A stretch of 64,000 bases of DNA from Octopus sinensis. Its lineage: Eukaryota. The position numbers and the translations under genes are program-made. Below are positions 24,721 to 38,824 of this stretch, in pieces; position 1 is the first letter of the stretch; each line of letters opens with the position of its first letter. The notes under the pieces are model-generated. The model saw only the letters and a program-made list of their open reading frames with translations, was not told where the DNA came from and did not search any database. The stretch lies in contig NC_043012.1 of NCBI RefSeq assembly GCF_006345805.1, forward strand, positions 9,238,001-9,302,000, read 5' to 3'.

Positions 24721-25249
24721 GACAGACAGGAAGATACACACATCTATTGCAGGTAAAAATCGATAAGGACATTAAAAGATAATGTTAGTCTTGATACTGA
24801 TGATGACGATTACAATTATGATGATGATGATAACTTTAAGTTTTGTAATAATTTCAGTGAACATTTTTTATATCGAAAAATGGTCGATATCAGGCGTTTA
24901 CACAAGAAATATGACACTAATTAGAAAACGACTGTCATAAAGTATATATGCACACATACACCCCACCACACACAACAATACACGCCAACACTCGCACACA
25001 CAAGCACACGCACACATACACACACGCATATAGGTATATGATACTGCGAATGGACGCGGTGAATAGTTTAGAGTAGTTTTATGGCAATAATTTTATCCCA
25101 ATCCACCTGATGAATGAAATCACACCGAATGCTTATGCTTTATTTTCCAGTTTTCGAATTTTCGGCACAAATCAAAATAATAAAATATAAATCAATTTAA
25201 AAAAAATTTTTTCTTCGCACATAAATTTGGTTCCATTTACTCTCTCTCC

Positions 25250-25636
25250 TTTACTATTTTACTTGTTTCAGTCATTTGACTGCGGCCATGCTGGAGCACC
25301 GCCTTTAGTCGAGCAAATCGACAACAGGACTTATTCGTTGTAAGCCTAGTACTTATTCTATCGGTCTCTTTTGAGGAACCGCTGAGTGATGGAGACATAA
25401 ACACACCAGCATCGGTTGTCAAGCAATGCTAGGTGGACAAACGCAGACACGCACACACACACACACACACACACGCACACACACACACACACATATATAT
25501 GTACATATATACGACGGGCTTCTTTCAGTTTCCGTCTGCCAAATCCACTCACAAGGCTTTGGTCGACCCGAGGATATAGCAGACACTTACCCAAGGTGCC
25601 ACGCAGTGGGATTGAACCCGGAACCATGTGGTTGGT
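25250..25636 (-). mobile_element. SINE family A
   Basis: Tail through B-box region, reverse complement. Confidence 0.9.
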
Positions 25637-26597
25637 AAGAACAACATAACTCTTCAGGGCTAGAAAATACTACAGCCTTCAACAGCTGCTAATACTATGC
25701 AAGGTTCAAGTGAGGGCCCCATAAGAAACACCTGTAACTTAAACGCGCCCATTGAAAGCAAAGGAGGCACTGGGTCCTCATAACATCACATGGCACTAAT
25801 CGCTAAGAGCGTGTCGTGCCGCCGGGTACCGAACATCTAGAGATACACAAACAAAAGAACACGGGTATGTTTGCAGATCTCTACGGTACAACACCATACG
25901 ACTAAGCAACGTGGTGGGGGACGGAGTTGAGGGGAGGGTCATAGAGTTACTAAGAACAATGACACACATACACATGTACACACACAGACACACACATACA
26001 CACACACGCACACGCAGACACACACCCACACGCACACACACACCAACACAGGTACGTGCACATACAAGGATACACATCACAGAAGAGAATAAGGGCAGAC
26101 ACGAAGACGAAAAGTGGCTCCGAGGAGGTCACAGATGTGTGACAAAAGATTGGAGCAACTGTACACACATGTGCCATCTTTTAAGGATGGAAAAATGTGA
26201 GCCTAATGACCTAACGAACATTTTCCTTTTTATTTCCTTTTTTCCTTTTTTATTTCTATCAATCTTCGACCTCCTATTAATATTCCACTAGTAAAGTTCA
26301 AATCATTCTCATGATGTTTCTTACTTATGACTCAAAAATAACAAACTGAAACAGCTGTAAATGTTATATTAACCATAATTAAACTATGATCATTCAATAC
26401 TATTGATCAACTTCTAATTGTTACATTCTGTTCCATTTCTTCTCTTATCTTATCCGAATATATTAAACCACGGTTTACCCTTCAAATTACAAACTACTGT
26501 TAACCTTATAGCAAGGCCTATACATAGTGAGGTAATTCACCATTTGTGCCGACCGATATATTTATCCCTTAGACTGTTGCATAACCTCTAACTCATA

Positions 26598-26647
<50 letters not shown>

Positions 26648-27640
26648 ACATACATTCTTAATATATATATATATATAAATACGCATATTATTATTATATA
26701 TATATGTGTATGTGTGTGTTTACGAATATATGTGTATATCTTTTCAAATTTTTCCATCCATCCATCCATCCCTCTACCCAACCATTAGTCAATCATTCTA
26801 TCTATCTATCTGCCTGCTTGTCTGTCTGCCTGTTTGATTGTCTGTATGTCTATTAATATACAGGTATTTGTCTCTAGATATGTCTGTCCAACTAAACTTA
26901 ATCATTAACCCATCTCTTTAACACTCCCATTTTCTGTTTAGACACATAAATACAGACACACCGTTACACACACACGCATACACAGACACACAGACACACA
27001 CACACATCACACACACACGCAGCAGGCTACACATCACCGTCTGTTTCAACGATAAAGAGATAGAGAGAAGTCAAGTGAATCTAGACGTAGAAGTGAATAT
27101 TTTAATTTTGCAACTGTTCCCTCAATGTCGTCTGTCTGCGCAGCTTCATTGTTAAGTTTTGTATAATTAAAGAAATTTGTGAGAAGAGGAAACGGAAAGA
27201 AAATTGGTAACATTGATTTTAGATTTGGGAAATAATAATTAAGAATATTTAATGAAAATATACTAAGCAACTATTGCTAAGTAGACACTATCACAGAGTT
27301 GCACGCTTACACAGACACACGTATACATAAATGTACATACAGCCATGCATGCAAGCCAGCACGCATATGTGTATGTGTGTCTCTGTCTATATATACATAT
27401 ATACATATGTGTATGCATGTATATATATATGTATTATATATATATTATATTATATATATATATAATATATATATACATATATATGTATGTATATATTAAG
27501 TCTTTCCTTGTTTGTTTTGCAAAATAGTGGTTTTGTCTCAATTAATATTTTATATATAATATATATATATACATACATATATATGTATATATATATATAT
27601 ATATTACTACATCATATATATATATATCTATTAATATATA

Positions 27641-27691
<51 letters not shown>

Positions 27692-27714
27692 TATGTATGT
27701 ATATATATATATAT

Positions 27715-27756
<42 letters not shown>

Positions 27757-27760
<4 letters not shown>

Positions 27761-27880
27761 CGAAATTGCTAGGATGATCCGGTTCTTGACTGAATATTGA
27801 AGGCTTCGAATGTCCCGTCCGTGTTTTTTGTATCGTCTTCTAAATGTTTTACGTTCTTGTCCCAGTTTGTATTTTTCTAC
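27757..27880 (+). mobile_element. Short Penelope-like terminal remnant between (AT)n tracts
   Basis: Unique ~120-bp insert (cagacgaaattgctagg...gtatttttctac) inside (AT)n; classification by context only. Confidence 0.3.
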
Positions 27881-28099
27881 ATATAATATATATATATATA
27901 CATATATATATACATGCACACAAACACACACTACACACACATGCGCACACGACCGTATTAGAGATCTTAAATTATGATGTATACACACACAAATACACAC
28001 ACACACACATTCTTTATTCTTTCATTCTCTAACTTGAGTCATTTCACTGCCTTGAAGTGTTTTTAGTCGAACATTTCGACCCTAGAACTTATTCTATCT

Positions 28100-28260
28100 G
28101 TCACTTCTATCGACCCCAGTGTTTCACAGGTACTAAATTTATCGACTCCAAAAAGAATGGAAAGCAAAGTCAACCTCAGTGGAATATGAACTCAGAACGT
28201 AGCGATTGACGAAATGGCGCTAAGCATTTTGCCCGGCGTGCAAACGATTTTGCCAAGAAC
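28100..28260 (-). mobile_element. Degenerate SINE family B
   Basis: gaaagcaaagtcaacctcagtggaatatgaactcagaacgtagcg..gctaagcattttgcccggcgtg. Confidence 0.7.
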
Positions 28261-28390
28261 ACTAAATTATAGTTAAGGAAGCATACCCGTGTACCACCAG
28301 TGTCTACGTACAAAGATGTAGTGAACCCCAGTCCATTTGTATTATTACGTATACATATACATACATACATACATATACATTTACATACAT

Positions 28391-28720
28391 AGGCGCAGGA
28401 GTGGCTGTGTGGTAAGTAGCTTGCTTACCGACCACAAGGTTCAGGGTTGATTCCCGTTGCGTGGCACCTTGGGTAAGTGTCTTTTACTATAGCCTCGGGC
28501 CGACCAAAGTCTTGTGAGTGGATTTGGTAGACGGAAACTGAAAGAACCCCTCGTATATATGTATATGCATATATATATATATATGTGTGTGTGTTTGTGT
28601 GTCTGTGTTTGTCCTCCAATATCGCTTGACAACCGACGATGGTGTGTTTACGTCACTTAGCAGTTCGGCAAAAGATACCAATAGAATAAGTCGCAGTCAA
28701 ATGACTGAAACACGTAAATG
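28391..28720 (+). mobile_element. SINE family A with internal deletion
   Basis: Head intact; gaataag joined directly to tcgcagtcaaatgactgaaac. Confidence 0.85.
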
Positions 28721-28899
28721 AATGAGTATACATATACATATATATGCATGTATGTTGTGTGTGTGTGTGCGTGTATATGCGTGTGTATGTATGTATATAT
28801 ACACAAGAAATCTCGAAATAAAACTTAATGTGAATACATGCATACAATACACACATGCACATATATAGATACATGTGTACACGCATATATAAATACATA

Positions 28900-29040
28900 T
28901 AGGGTGCGGCTGAAAGGTTGCCCCCAAAAAGAAACACTTGAAGATATATGAAAAAACTTTGTATTTCTATAAAGTTCATTAAATGTCAATTTTTGTCTGT
29001 TTCAAGTAGTGCGCACCATGGCCTAGAGTGGAGAGCATGG
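28900..29040 (-). mobile_element. Tc1/mariner 3' end remnant
   Basis: TA plus tagggtgcggctgaaag TIR-like end; the minus strand has a degenerate AC..FR.RLEAMV-type C-terminus. Confidence 0.45.
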
Positions 29041-29539
29041 TTTTTTTCCTTGTATCTTCATGTTTTGTTTTTTATTAACCTTTGAAATCGAGACAACTTT
29101 TCTGCCGCATCCTGTATATACATACATAGTTATTTTCATATACACATATTTCCATACATGTCACCATGCCAACGAAGACAAACACAATGCATTTATACAG
29201 ACGGACAAAATTATTGCAGTGAGTTCCATAGATTTACAAAATTCAATTAAAAATAATTACAAGCAGAGAGGATATAAAAAACATTAAAAAATAAATGACA
29301 GAATTAATAAATATAGAATTAATTTGACTAGACATAAGGTCGGTGCTGGAGTGAAATATGTTGACTAAATCAATTTAATCGATCGGAGAAAATTGGCGAA
29401 AATTAGTGAAAACTATGTGACCGTGAGGAATGCTAACATTCATTGTGGCAACACTTTGAAGTTAACAGCGGTGTGGTGGGAAAAATACTTAGAAGAAATC
29501 AGGTAAAATGCAGTTTTCATCTCCTATAGCTCTCAACTA

Positions 29540-29936
29540 ATTCTTCTTCTTCTTCTTCTTCTTCTTCTTCTTCTTCTTCTTCTTCTTCTTCTTCTTCTTC
29601 TTCTTCTTCGTCGTCGTTTTCGTCTTCTTCTTCTTCTTCTTCTTCTTCTTCTTCGTCATCGTCGTCTTCGTCTTCGTCTTCTTCTTTTTCTTCTTCTTCT
29701 TTTTTTTCTTCTTCTTCTTCTTTTTTTTCTTCTTCTTCTTCTTCTTCTTTTTCTTCTTCTTCTTCTTCTTCTTCTTCTTGCTTCTCAGTTCGTCATCTTT
29801 CTTTTTTGTTTGTCTCTCTTTATCTCTCTCTCTTTATTTCTTCATCCTTCGTCTCCTCCGCCACCTTCTCCTGTTGATACAACAACAACAACATCAACAG
29901 CAACAACTACCACCACCACCACCACCACCGCTGCTG

Positions 29937-29970
<34 letters not shown>

Positions 29971-30020
29971 AACTACTACCACCACCACCACCACCACCAC
30001 CACCACCACCACCACCACTA
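29540..30020. repeat. Compound trinucleotide tracts (CTT)n, (ACA/ACT/ACC)n
   Basis: Direct inspection. Confidence 0.95.
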
Positions 30021-30202
30021 TAGTGACGCTTCTTCAGTTGTCATTCTCCACATTCTTGTTAAATTTAGGGTCATAAAAAGACCCTTAGAAAGTTAGGACC
30101 AGCAGGAACCATCGCATCTACCAATATTAGTAACCTTTCGTACCAAAATTTTCCAGTCCCCAGAAATTGGAACCTGTGCCAAATCTGAATAAGTTTCTAA
30201 TG

Positions 30203-30550
30203 CAAGGTGCAGGTGTGGCTGAGGTAAGAAGTTTGTTTCCCAACCACATGGTTCCAGGTTCAGTCCCACTGCATGGCACCTCGGCCAAGTGTCTTCTGCG
30301 ATAGTTTCGGGCCGACCAAAGCCTTGTGAGTGGGTTTGGTAGATGTGTATGCGCGCCTTTGTGCCGGCGTCTTGCCCCCCCCCCCATATCACCCTTTGAC
30401 AGCCTGGTGTTGGTGTGTTTATGTTCCCGTCAATTAGTGGTTCGGCAAAAGATACCGATAGAATAAGTACTGGGCTCGATTCATTCGATTGAAGATTCTT
30501 CAAGGTGGTGCCCCAGCATGGCCACAGTCTAATGACAAACAAGTAAAAGA
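30203..30550 (+). mobile_element. Degenerate SINE family A
   Basis: Head, body and tail recognisable. Confidence 0.8.
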
Positions 30551-30806
30551 ACAGATAAAATGCGTAAAAGTATAAAATCGCTAGAAAACGAGTAGTATAA
30601 AAACACCCCTCCGCAGGGGCCGAGAGAGGAAGGAAGGTCATAGTTGGAACGTATTTGACAATAAGTCTGTTCATGAGAATCAACAACGATAACAACACAA
30701 TAGCTACAACAACAACAACAACAACATCAGCAGCAACAACAACAACAGCAACAACAGAATGTAGATCATTATCAACAGCAGCATAACACAACAACAACAG
30801 CAACAG

Positions 30807-30990
30807 TGGAGGCGCAATGGTCCAGTGGTTAGGGTAGCGGACTCGCGGTCGGAAGAACGCGGTTTCGATCCCCATTGTGAGTGTTTATTGAGCAAAAACA
30901 CCTAAGCTCCACGAGGCTCCGGCGGGGGTGGGGTGTTGAACCCCGCTGTACTCTTTCACCACAACTTTCTCTCACTCTTTCTTCCTACTT
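30807..30990 (+). mobile_element. SINE family C, 5' part
   Basis: tggaggcgcaatggtccagtggttagggtagcggactcgcggtcg. Confidence 0.85.
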
Positions 30991-31261
30991 CTGCCACAAA
31001 GCAGAGGAACCATGGTGTAATAAACTTTCAGACCCTAGGCTAGATTGCGAATCCTCTTTCCTCCAGGATGGTTCAGCTCTCCACCCGTTAAAAGCCACCG
31101 TTTACGGAATGAGGATAACAGCGTAGCTTTCGCGCCCGTGCAACCGTCAGTCTATCGCGTGTGGTGGGTGGATCTTCAAGTTGCCGCACGCATTCTTAGT
31201 AGCTTAGAGTAGACTCGAATTAGAGATTATTCTTTGTGGCTAATGGCGTGAAGCCTGATTG

Positions 31262-31460
31262 CAGAAGAAGAGAAGAAAGAAGAAGAAAGAAGAAGAAGAA
31301 GAAGAAGAGAGAAGAAGAAGAGAACAGAACAAAGAAAGAAGAAAGAAAGAAAAGAAGAAAAAGAAGAAGAAGAAGTAAGAAAGAAGAAGAAGAAAGAAGA
31401 AGAATAGAAGAAGAAGAAGAAGACAAGAGAAGAAGGAAGGAGAAGGCAACAACAAGCAGC
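31262..31460. repeat. (AGA)n-rich tract
   Basis: Direct inspection. Confidence 0.95.
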
Positions 31461-32268
31461 AAACATGCGTAGCATCAAACGACATGTACAAAGCAACAAT
31501 ATCTAAAACATCAACAATGCCAAGCTTCACATTTTATTGCAAGTATGTACCACTTCTGAAAGACCATTGCCAATAAAGACACGAGACGTAGTTACATTAA
31601 ATAACAGCAAGACACGAACAAGAACAACAACAACGCTAGCAGCTGTAGCAGCAGCAGCAGCAACAACAACAATATCACTATGGTTTCCTAACTTATAAAT
31701 AACATTAAAACTTTTAAACTTTCATAGCGTTTTTAAATATTAGCTTTTACAATCTCTGACCACGATTTTATGACAACTAAGAATCTATAACGTTGCTAAG
31801 ATGACATCAGAAACGCTAGAATTTTCTTCAGAGTTATCGAATACTTCAGTTCCGAACAGTTCTTAATGATGGATTCTACAGCTGTCACATTCACAACCAT
31901 TGTCTAACTAGATTAACCGAAAACACTACAATAATTTTTGACTCATTCTATCAACCTTCATTCAATTCTTTTGTTGCTGCTTTTACAATCTAGTGTTCTC
32001 TCTTCCCGATTAAATCCGCTTCCGTTATAACTACAGTTTCTCACCACGTTTACATAGTTTTATACTAAACACTAGATTATCCGGAACTACTGGACACATC
32101 AGCTGAAATAAGTTAAGTAGAAAAGATTCAACTACATTAGTATGTCTGCAAAAGTCAGTCATGGCTATGCTATAATTCTTTAAAACAATGCAGCTAATAA
32201 TATTTTGTAGCAAACACACTATTAATGCAAGTTAGGAATATATTTACATTCTTTCTACTCATAAGATA

Positions 32269-32632
32269 GGCGTAAGAGTGGCTGTGTGGTAAGTAGCTTG
32301 CTTACCAACCATATGATTCCGGGTTCAGTCTTACTACTGCGTGGCACCTTGGGCAAGTGTCTTCTACTATAGCCTCGGGCCGTCTAAAGTCTTGTGAGTG
32401 AATTTAGTAGACGGAAACTGAAAAAAGCCTGTCGTATATATGTATATGTATTTGTGTCTATATGTCTGTGTTTGTTCCCCCCCTCAAACATCGCTTGACT
32501 ACCAATGCTGATGTGTTTACGTTCCCGTAACTTAGCGGTTCGGCAAAAGAAACCGATAGAATAAGTACTAGGCTTACAAAGAATAAGTCCTGGGGTCGAT
32601 TTGCTCGATTAAAGGCGGTGCTCCGGCATGGT
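32269..32632 (+). mobile_element. SINE family A, 3' end truncated
   Basis: Head and body intact. Confidence 0.9.
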
Positions 32633-33844
32633 CATCATTTCTCAACATTACGTTATCTGAATTAGCTATATCCTCCATAAAATTAAGCACCAGTCAACTA
32701 ATAAAGCTGATGTAATCAGAGGTTGCCTCCTGCCATATTTGAGGTCTTATGTCTATGTAAGAAATCAATATTTTAAAGAAAAGGAAAATTCTTGTCTTGT
32801 CTTAGATTCTCAACTTCCCAGCGAGTTGTACCCGTGTGACATACTGTACCCCAGTTTTATTTATCTGTTGTGTGCCAGTGTTCGGACCGACAGTGATTTT
32901 CTTATACAATACCTTCTTTTCCTCAGTCCGACTCTCATTATTTTCCATCAATCATTCCTTGAAGAAAGGTTTTTCCCAAGACCGTCGTAACTTGTTTTAG
33001 GGTTATACTATCACTAGTTTCATTTTCTCTTTTTTGTTGTTGTTGAGAATACTCTCATAAAGGCCGGAGCTGAATGATTAGACGAAACCGCTATTTCTTC
33101 ATGTGGTCCAATTACGAAATACTCAAGACGTTTTGGTAGTATCTCAATTCTAAGTCCTGTATCTTGCTTTGAATATCTACAGCCGCCAGAAACATGGAAA
33201 ATAGTCATTATAATTAGAAATTAATTAATTGCTATCCAGATATTTTGATATATTTTTAAACACCTGCGACATCCGTACAGAATATTTTATGTCTATTCTT
33301 CTAATTATTATTTTTCGAAACTTGAAGAATTTCTCTAAGTGTAATTGAATGACTCTGACGGAACTTAAATGACTTTCTTCTTTTTTACATATCATTAACG
33401 CTCTGCATATTATTTAATACCTCGTAATTATATACATACAAACCATATTTCAGTATAATTTGCCTTATCCCCGTTCGATAATATTCGCTGCACTAAAATT
33501 AAAACTAATCTGCGTTAATTAGTTTACAAAAATGTGTAAAAATTATTATGTAATTTTCTTATCTCCCTCGAAATAACAGCTTTAAATATATTTCAGAAAT
33601 TAATTTTTTTGATGCTTTCATTACAAGAAGACACACATACGTACGTGTGTGTATATATTTTCCATTCTTTTATTATGAAAACGCATAGACATCCTAAATG
33701 CACACATACACACATATACACACGCAAACAGACACAGATATACACACGCAAACAGACACACATATACACACGCAAAAAGACAAACACACATATACACACG
33801 CAAACAGACACATACACACGCACACACACACATGCATAGTCGTA

Positions 33845-34169
<325 letters not shown>

Positions 34170-34260
34170 TGCTTTCTTTTCTCCATTTCTTCTCCCTCAA
34201 CGGCCTAAGTGTAGCATGTCTGTCTGTCTGTCTATCTATCTGTCTATCTATCTATCTATC

Positions 34261-34448
34261 TTTTCCTTTTTTTTCTTTTTTTCTTTTTTTCCCTTTTCCT
34301 TTTTTTCTTTCTTTTGTTCTTTTTTTCCTTTTACGATCCCTTTTGATCGAAAACCTACGCCACCATTTTTTTTTCTCCCTCAAAAGAAAAGCTCTACCTT
34401 GTAACTTGTCCCATCTGTGTGCAGCCCTGTGTGGCCAATAAAGAAACT
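34261..34448 (+). mobile_element. Second copy of the (TATC)n-embedded LINE 3' UTR
   Basis: aaaagaaaagctctaccttgtaa..gcagccctgtgtggccaataaagaaac plus (TATC)n; (TATC)n also upstream. Confidence 0.7.
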
Positions 34449-35587
34449 TATCTATCTATCTATCTATGCATTTAGTGAAAAGCCGCTTGTATGAGAGCAC
34501 AACAGATGGACCCTGGATTAGTGACGAGATGGTCTAACCTCTTAAAGTCCTCTTTCTAATCAGGGTGAAATCATTCTGCAGACGAGATTTGGCTGTAAAG
34601 TATTGTGACGGTAGGACATGTAATAAATTGACAAAAACAAAATGTACAAACACATATATTACTTCATGGCATAACCATACGTAACAATGGCGAATCAAAG
34701 AATATATTCTTTAAAAGTGCTTTATACACACGCACACACATACAATTCTAATAAACACAAATTACATAAATTGATATTTTAAGCACGATTAAATATAAAC
34801 GTCTGAATACACTACATATATACGAATGTATATACAGGGTGGGTCATAATGATGCGACACATTTTAAATGCTTGCTTCATGGATTATAAGAATAACTTAG
34901 TGTACCAAATATATTCATTACATAACTGCCCAGTCATTATGGCCCACTTTGTATGCATTTGTTTCGGGCAAATGACTCCGAATCAACTCCTAAAAGCTCT
35001 TATGCTGTTTTGTTTCGGCTACAGCTTGTTATTCCGATTTTCCAGGGCAATCCTATGGGATGGTTATATATGCGGTACTCCTTATATGTTAGGATAAATA
35101 TAGCGAAAAAACGAAAATGATTTGTGGAAGATAATTTATATACTTTATTAATGCCTTGCAACATATGTTTCTGCATAGCACGTGTACATTGGCGACTATG
35201 TCCTCACATCCCTAGGATATTACTAAATATTATTTATATCTATAATATATATAATATAGATCCTATGGATATATATTATATATATTATAAATTCAAATTA
35301 CGATGAACGTAAACAAACAAACGAAGTTTGCTTTAGAAGCGTGGTGATGTCTTAAAGAGCTAAGGAAGTGATTTTAAATTCTCAAACGCAGGATAATGCT
35401 ACTAATATAGCCTGAACAGGATATACATTATAGCAAATGTAAATATGCTATGCAGAAGTATAGTGGCAAGCTAGCAATAAAGTATAAACATTTCTATCAG
35501 CAATTCATTTTCGTTATCACTATATATATAATATATATATACACACATTTCCATGCAAGCATACACACACAACACACACACACACAC

Positions 35588-35652
<65 letters not shown>

Positions 35653-35741
35653 TTCTGTGCAAGCATACACACATGCACGCACACACGCAGGAACATCATT
35701 ATATACACATATATCTTAGGTCCTGGTAGTGTTTAAAGATA

Positions 35742-36050
35742 CTCTTTACTCTTTTTACTTGTTTCAGTCATTTGACTGCGGCCATGCTGGAGCACCGCCT
35801 TTAGTCGAGAAAATCGACCCCAGGACTTATTCTTTGTAAGGCTAGTACTTATTTTATCGTTCTTTTTTGCCGAAACGTTACGTTACGGGAGCGTAAACAC
35901 ACCAGCATCGGTTGTCGAGCGATATTGTGGGGGACAAACACAGACACACAAACACACACACACATATATATACATATATATACAACAGGCTTCTTTCAGC
36001 TTCCGTCTACCAAATTCACTTACAAGGCTTTGGTCGGCCCGAGGCTATTG
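35742..36050 (-). mobile_element. SINE family A, 5' truncated
   Basis: Tail and body, reverse complement. Confidence 0.85.
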
Positions 36051-36291
36051 TATAAATTTTCACTTCCAATTTTGCATAAACTGGTGTTGCAAGCAGAATT
36101 GTTACAGGAACAATTGTACCGAATCGTTGAAGAATTTCTTTAGCTCATAATTTGGATTATATATATAAATAATATGATAGATCGGTAGCCAATATACACA
36201 TTTTCTCTCCTTATTTCTCTCCTTTTTTCTCTCTTTTTGTTCTCTCCTTTTTTTTCTCTCCTTGTTTCTCTCCTTGTTTTTTTCTGTGTCC

Positions 36292-36328
36292 CGTTCTGTA
36301 GAAGAGCGTAGGCTCAAAACGTAAAAGA
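36292..36328 (+). ncRNA. Hammerhead-like motif, A6T and G12A (decayed), same family as 22968
   Basis: CGTT-CTGTAGA-A-GAGC(GTAG)GCTC-AAA-ACGT-A-AAAG. Confidence 0.45.
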
Positions 36329-36542
36329 CCTTTTCAATTTCTGAGCGCAATACTAATACATCTGTTTGTTTTCTACACCACCTGTTTTCGTCTTTTGTTT
36401 TTTTCGTGAATTCTCCCTATATATATATATATATATATAAAGTTAATCCAAACAAGAAAACAAGAACAAAAAAAACAACAACGCAAGGACGTGGAATAAA
36501 TAAAGTATTATTGGACGCTCAGGAAAGAAGGGAAGAAGGAGG

Positions 36543-36577
36543 GTTTGACGTTTCGAGCGGAGCTCTTCGTCGGAAAC
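36543..36577 (-). ncRNA. Minimal type I hammerhead ribozyme motif, U4C variant, GUC triad
   Basis: Minus strand: GTTT-CCGACGA-A-GAGC(TCC)GCTC-GAA-ACGT-C-AAAC; stem I 4 bp, stem II 4 bp, palindromic ACGT stem III. Confidence 0.7.
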
Positions 36578-36659
36578 ATAGGAAAAGGAAAGATCCAGAG
36601 AAGGGAAGACAGGGGAAAGAAATCGGTAGTGGTGCAGACGAGGTCACATACTAAAAAGC

Positions 36660-36744
<85 letters not shown>

Positions 36745-37319
36745 CCATTTGCCAGAATGGTGACGCTGGTTACACAAAGCATCTGCAGTATTTTAGAGAC
36801 GAATATTCTACTTTATGGTAGATAGTACCAGTAATGTTTGATGTTCCAAATGCTTTCAGTAGCATATGGTACTGACATCTTTATTTCACCTCATTGATAT
36901 CCAATACATCTTAACTCCTTGTATTAGCTGTAACTCAATGGAATTACTTTGCTGAACCTTGAGTGATTTGCTAACAATTCTGACTTAATCTGCCTTTCCG
37001 AGATTGATTATTAAAATGTTAATTAGCCAAGATAAGAATAGAATCACTTCTAATTTCGGCACTCATTACGCCGCTCTTTGATAATGTGAAATGTTTACGC
37101 ACAAGCACATATGTTTGGTTTCAATTTAATTAGCAAACCTTTATAATAAACATCAGCTTTTTAACCTCCATTAACATTGCATCTCAGTTACTCCGGACTC
37201 ATATATGACGCTTGCTTACAAATGACTGACGTTCTGTTGGTTACCGCGACGAGTGTTCCAGTTGATCTGATCAACGGAACGGCCTGCTCGCGACACTTCA
37301 AAGACACTTCAAAGTGAAG

Positions 37320-37710
37320 GCGCGATCTGGCAGAATCGTTAGCACGCCGGGCGGAATGCTTAGTGGTATTTCGTCTGCCGCTACGTTCTGAGTTCAAATT
37401 CCGTCGAGGTCGACTTTGCCTTTCATCCTTTCGGTATCGATTAAATAAGTACCAGTTACGCACTGGGGTCGATGTAATCGACTTAATCCGTTTGTCTGTC
37501 CTTGTTTGTCCTGTCTGTGTTTAACCCCTTGTGGGTAGTAAAGAAATAGGTATTTTGTATGTTGCGTTCCGATTCCAAATTACGCCAGGGTCAACTTTGC
37601 CCTTCATCCTTTCGGAGTCGATAAATTGAGTATTGGTTGGACACTGGGATAGACTTGACTTAGCACCAAGCATTTTGTCCAGTGTGCTAACGATTCTACC
37701 ACCTCGCCGA
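37320..37710 (+). mobile_element. SINE family B monomer plus a degenerate second unit
   Basis: ggcagaatcgttagcacgccgggcgg...gtaaagaaataggtatttt, then a second cctttcggagtcgataaa block. Confidence 0.85.
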
Positions 37711-38793
37711 CCTATGATATTGGAATATTAGCTAATATTCTAACCGCTTCATTAACTGAATAGTAACGTTTCTGAAAGCAGGGGGAATAATCACAACAAT
37801 CTCATTTTCATTCCAGTAAATTAAAAAAAATTCCAAATGGTCAATGTTTTATCGGTAGAAAGATAATTCAAATTATACTGCAATCTGTTTCGGGTTGGTG
37901 GCAGTGATTTTCAAACTGACAAAATAGCAAAGATTAACTGTATTTTTTCTTCCTTTCCATTTTCATTAATGAGGTAACAACATATTATAAATTCGTAAGA
38001 TAATTCTTCAACATGGTGTTGCACTTGTGTTTAAAAACCAAACTTAATTCTTTTAAACGTAGCAGATTATCGGTACCCTTTTTGTATACTTACAATGATC
38101 ATATAAGCGACACCGATCTACGCTACGGGTTTTCGTTTGATGTCCTCGTAAACTTTAGGCAGGCATTACCATATTGAAGATAAAACCCGTTTTTGCCTAG
38201 CCGTCTGGTTTCTAGTTCTAATGAAGCTAACTGGAAATTCTGCTAAAGAAATATCCTTTGAGAATATCATATATAAATTAATATTCTTAAATGCAAAATC
38301 TTACATTTATAGTACTTTCTACTGCCTCCCCTTAATCCTGTCTTTTACATTTTAAAATAGCTTAATACACCATCATGGAAGACCTTCGTGAAACATAGAA
38401 AATTTCTCATACCATTACAAAAGTTATTCCTATTCCCACTCACAAAATTCTTAGTTATTCATAAACAAATGTTATATGAAAACATTGGATGATTGCCACA
38501 TATTCATACAGCTGTTTTCAATCAGTCAGCAGATTGTTTAGAAGTTGCATAGCTTCACAAGATTTGGTGACGATTGCCAAACCAATCCACTTGAACATTT
38601 AATAGTCTTTCACTTTTACCGATTAAGGCAGATTGATTCCGTCTTTTCACTTTTATTTTCTTCATTCTTCAGACATCTTATCCAAAGGTAGATATTTTTT
38701 TCCAATGAAATCCATTTTAATAGCGAGCATATTCACGAAGCCATTGGAATATATTAATAGAAATGATATTATTGTATATGCTTACTGATTTGA

Positions 38794-38824
<31 letters not shown>

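Noticed and set aside
25105-25135. Hammerhead core CTGATGA..CCGAAT
   Set aside because: No stem II pairing and no stem I or III.
29778-30076. Poly-Q/P/T protein ORFs
   Set aside because: Pure trinucleotide microsatellites without splice or homology support.
32760-33210. Coding-like fragments on both strands
   Set aside because: Several short open frames with no consistent strand, phase or recognisable domain.
34832-34860. Tc1/mariner TIR-like tacagggtgggtc
   Set aside because: No matching second TIR or transposase remnant found nearby.
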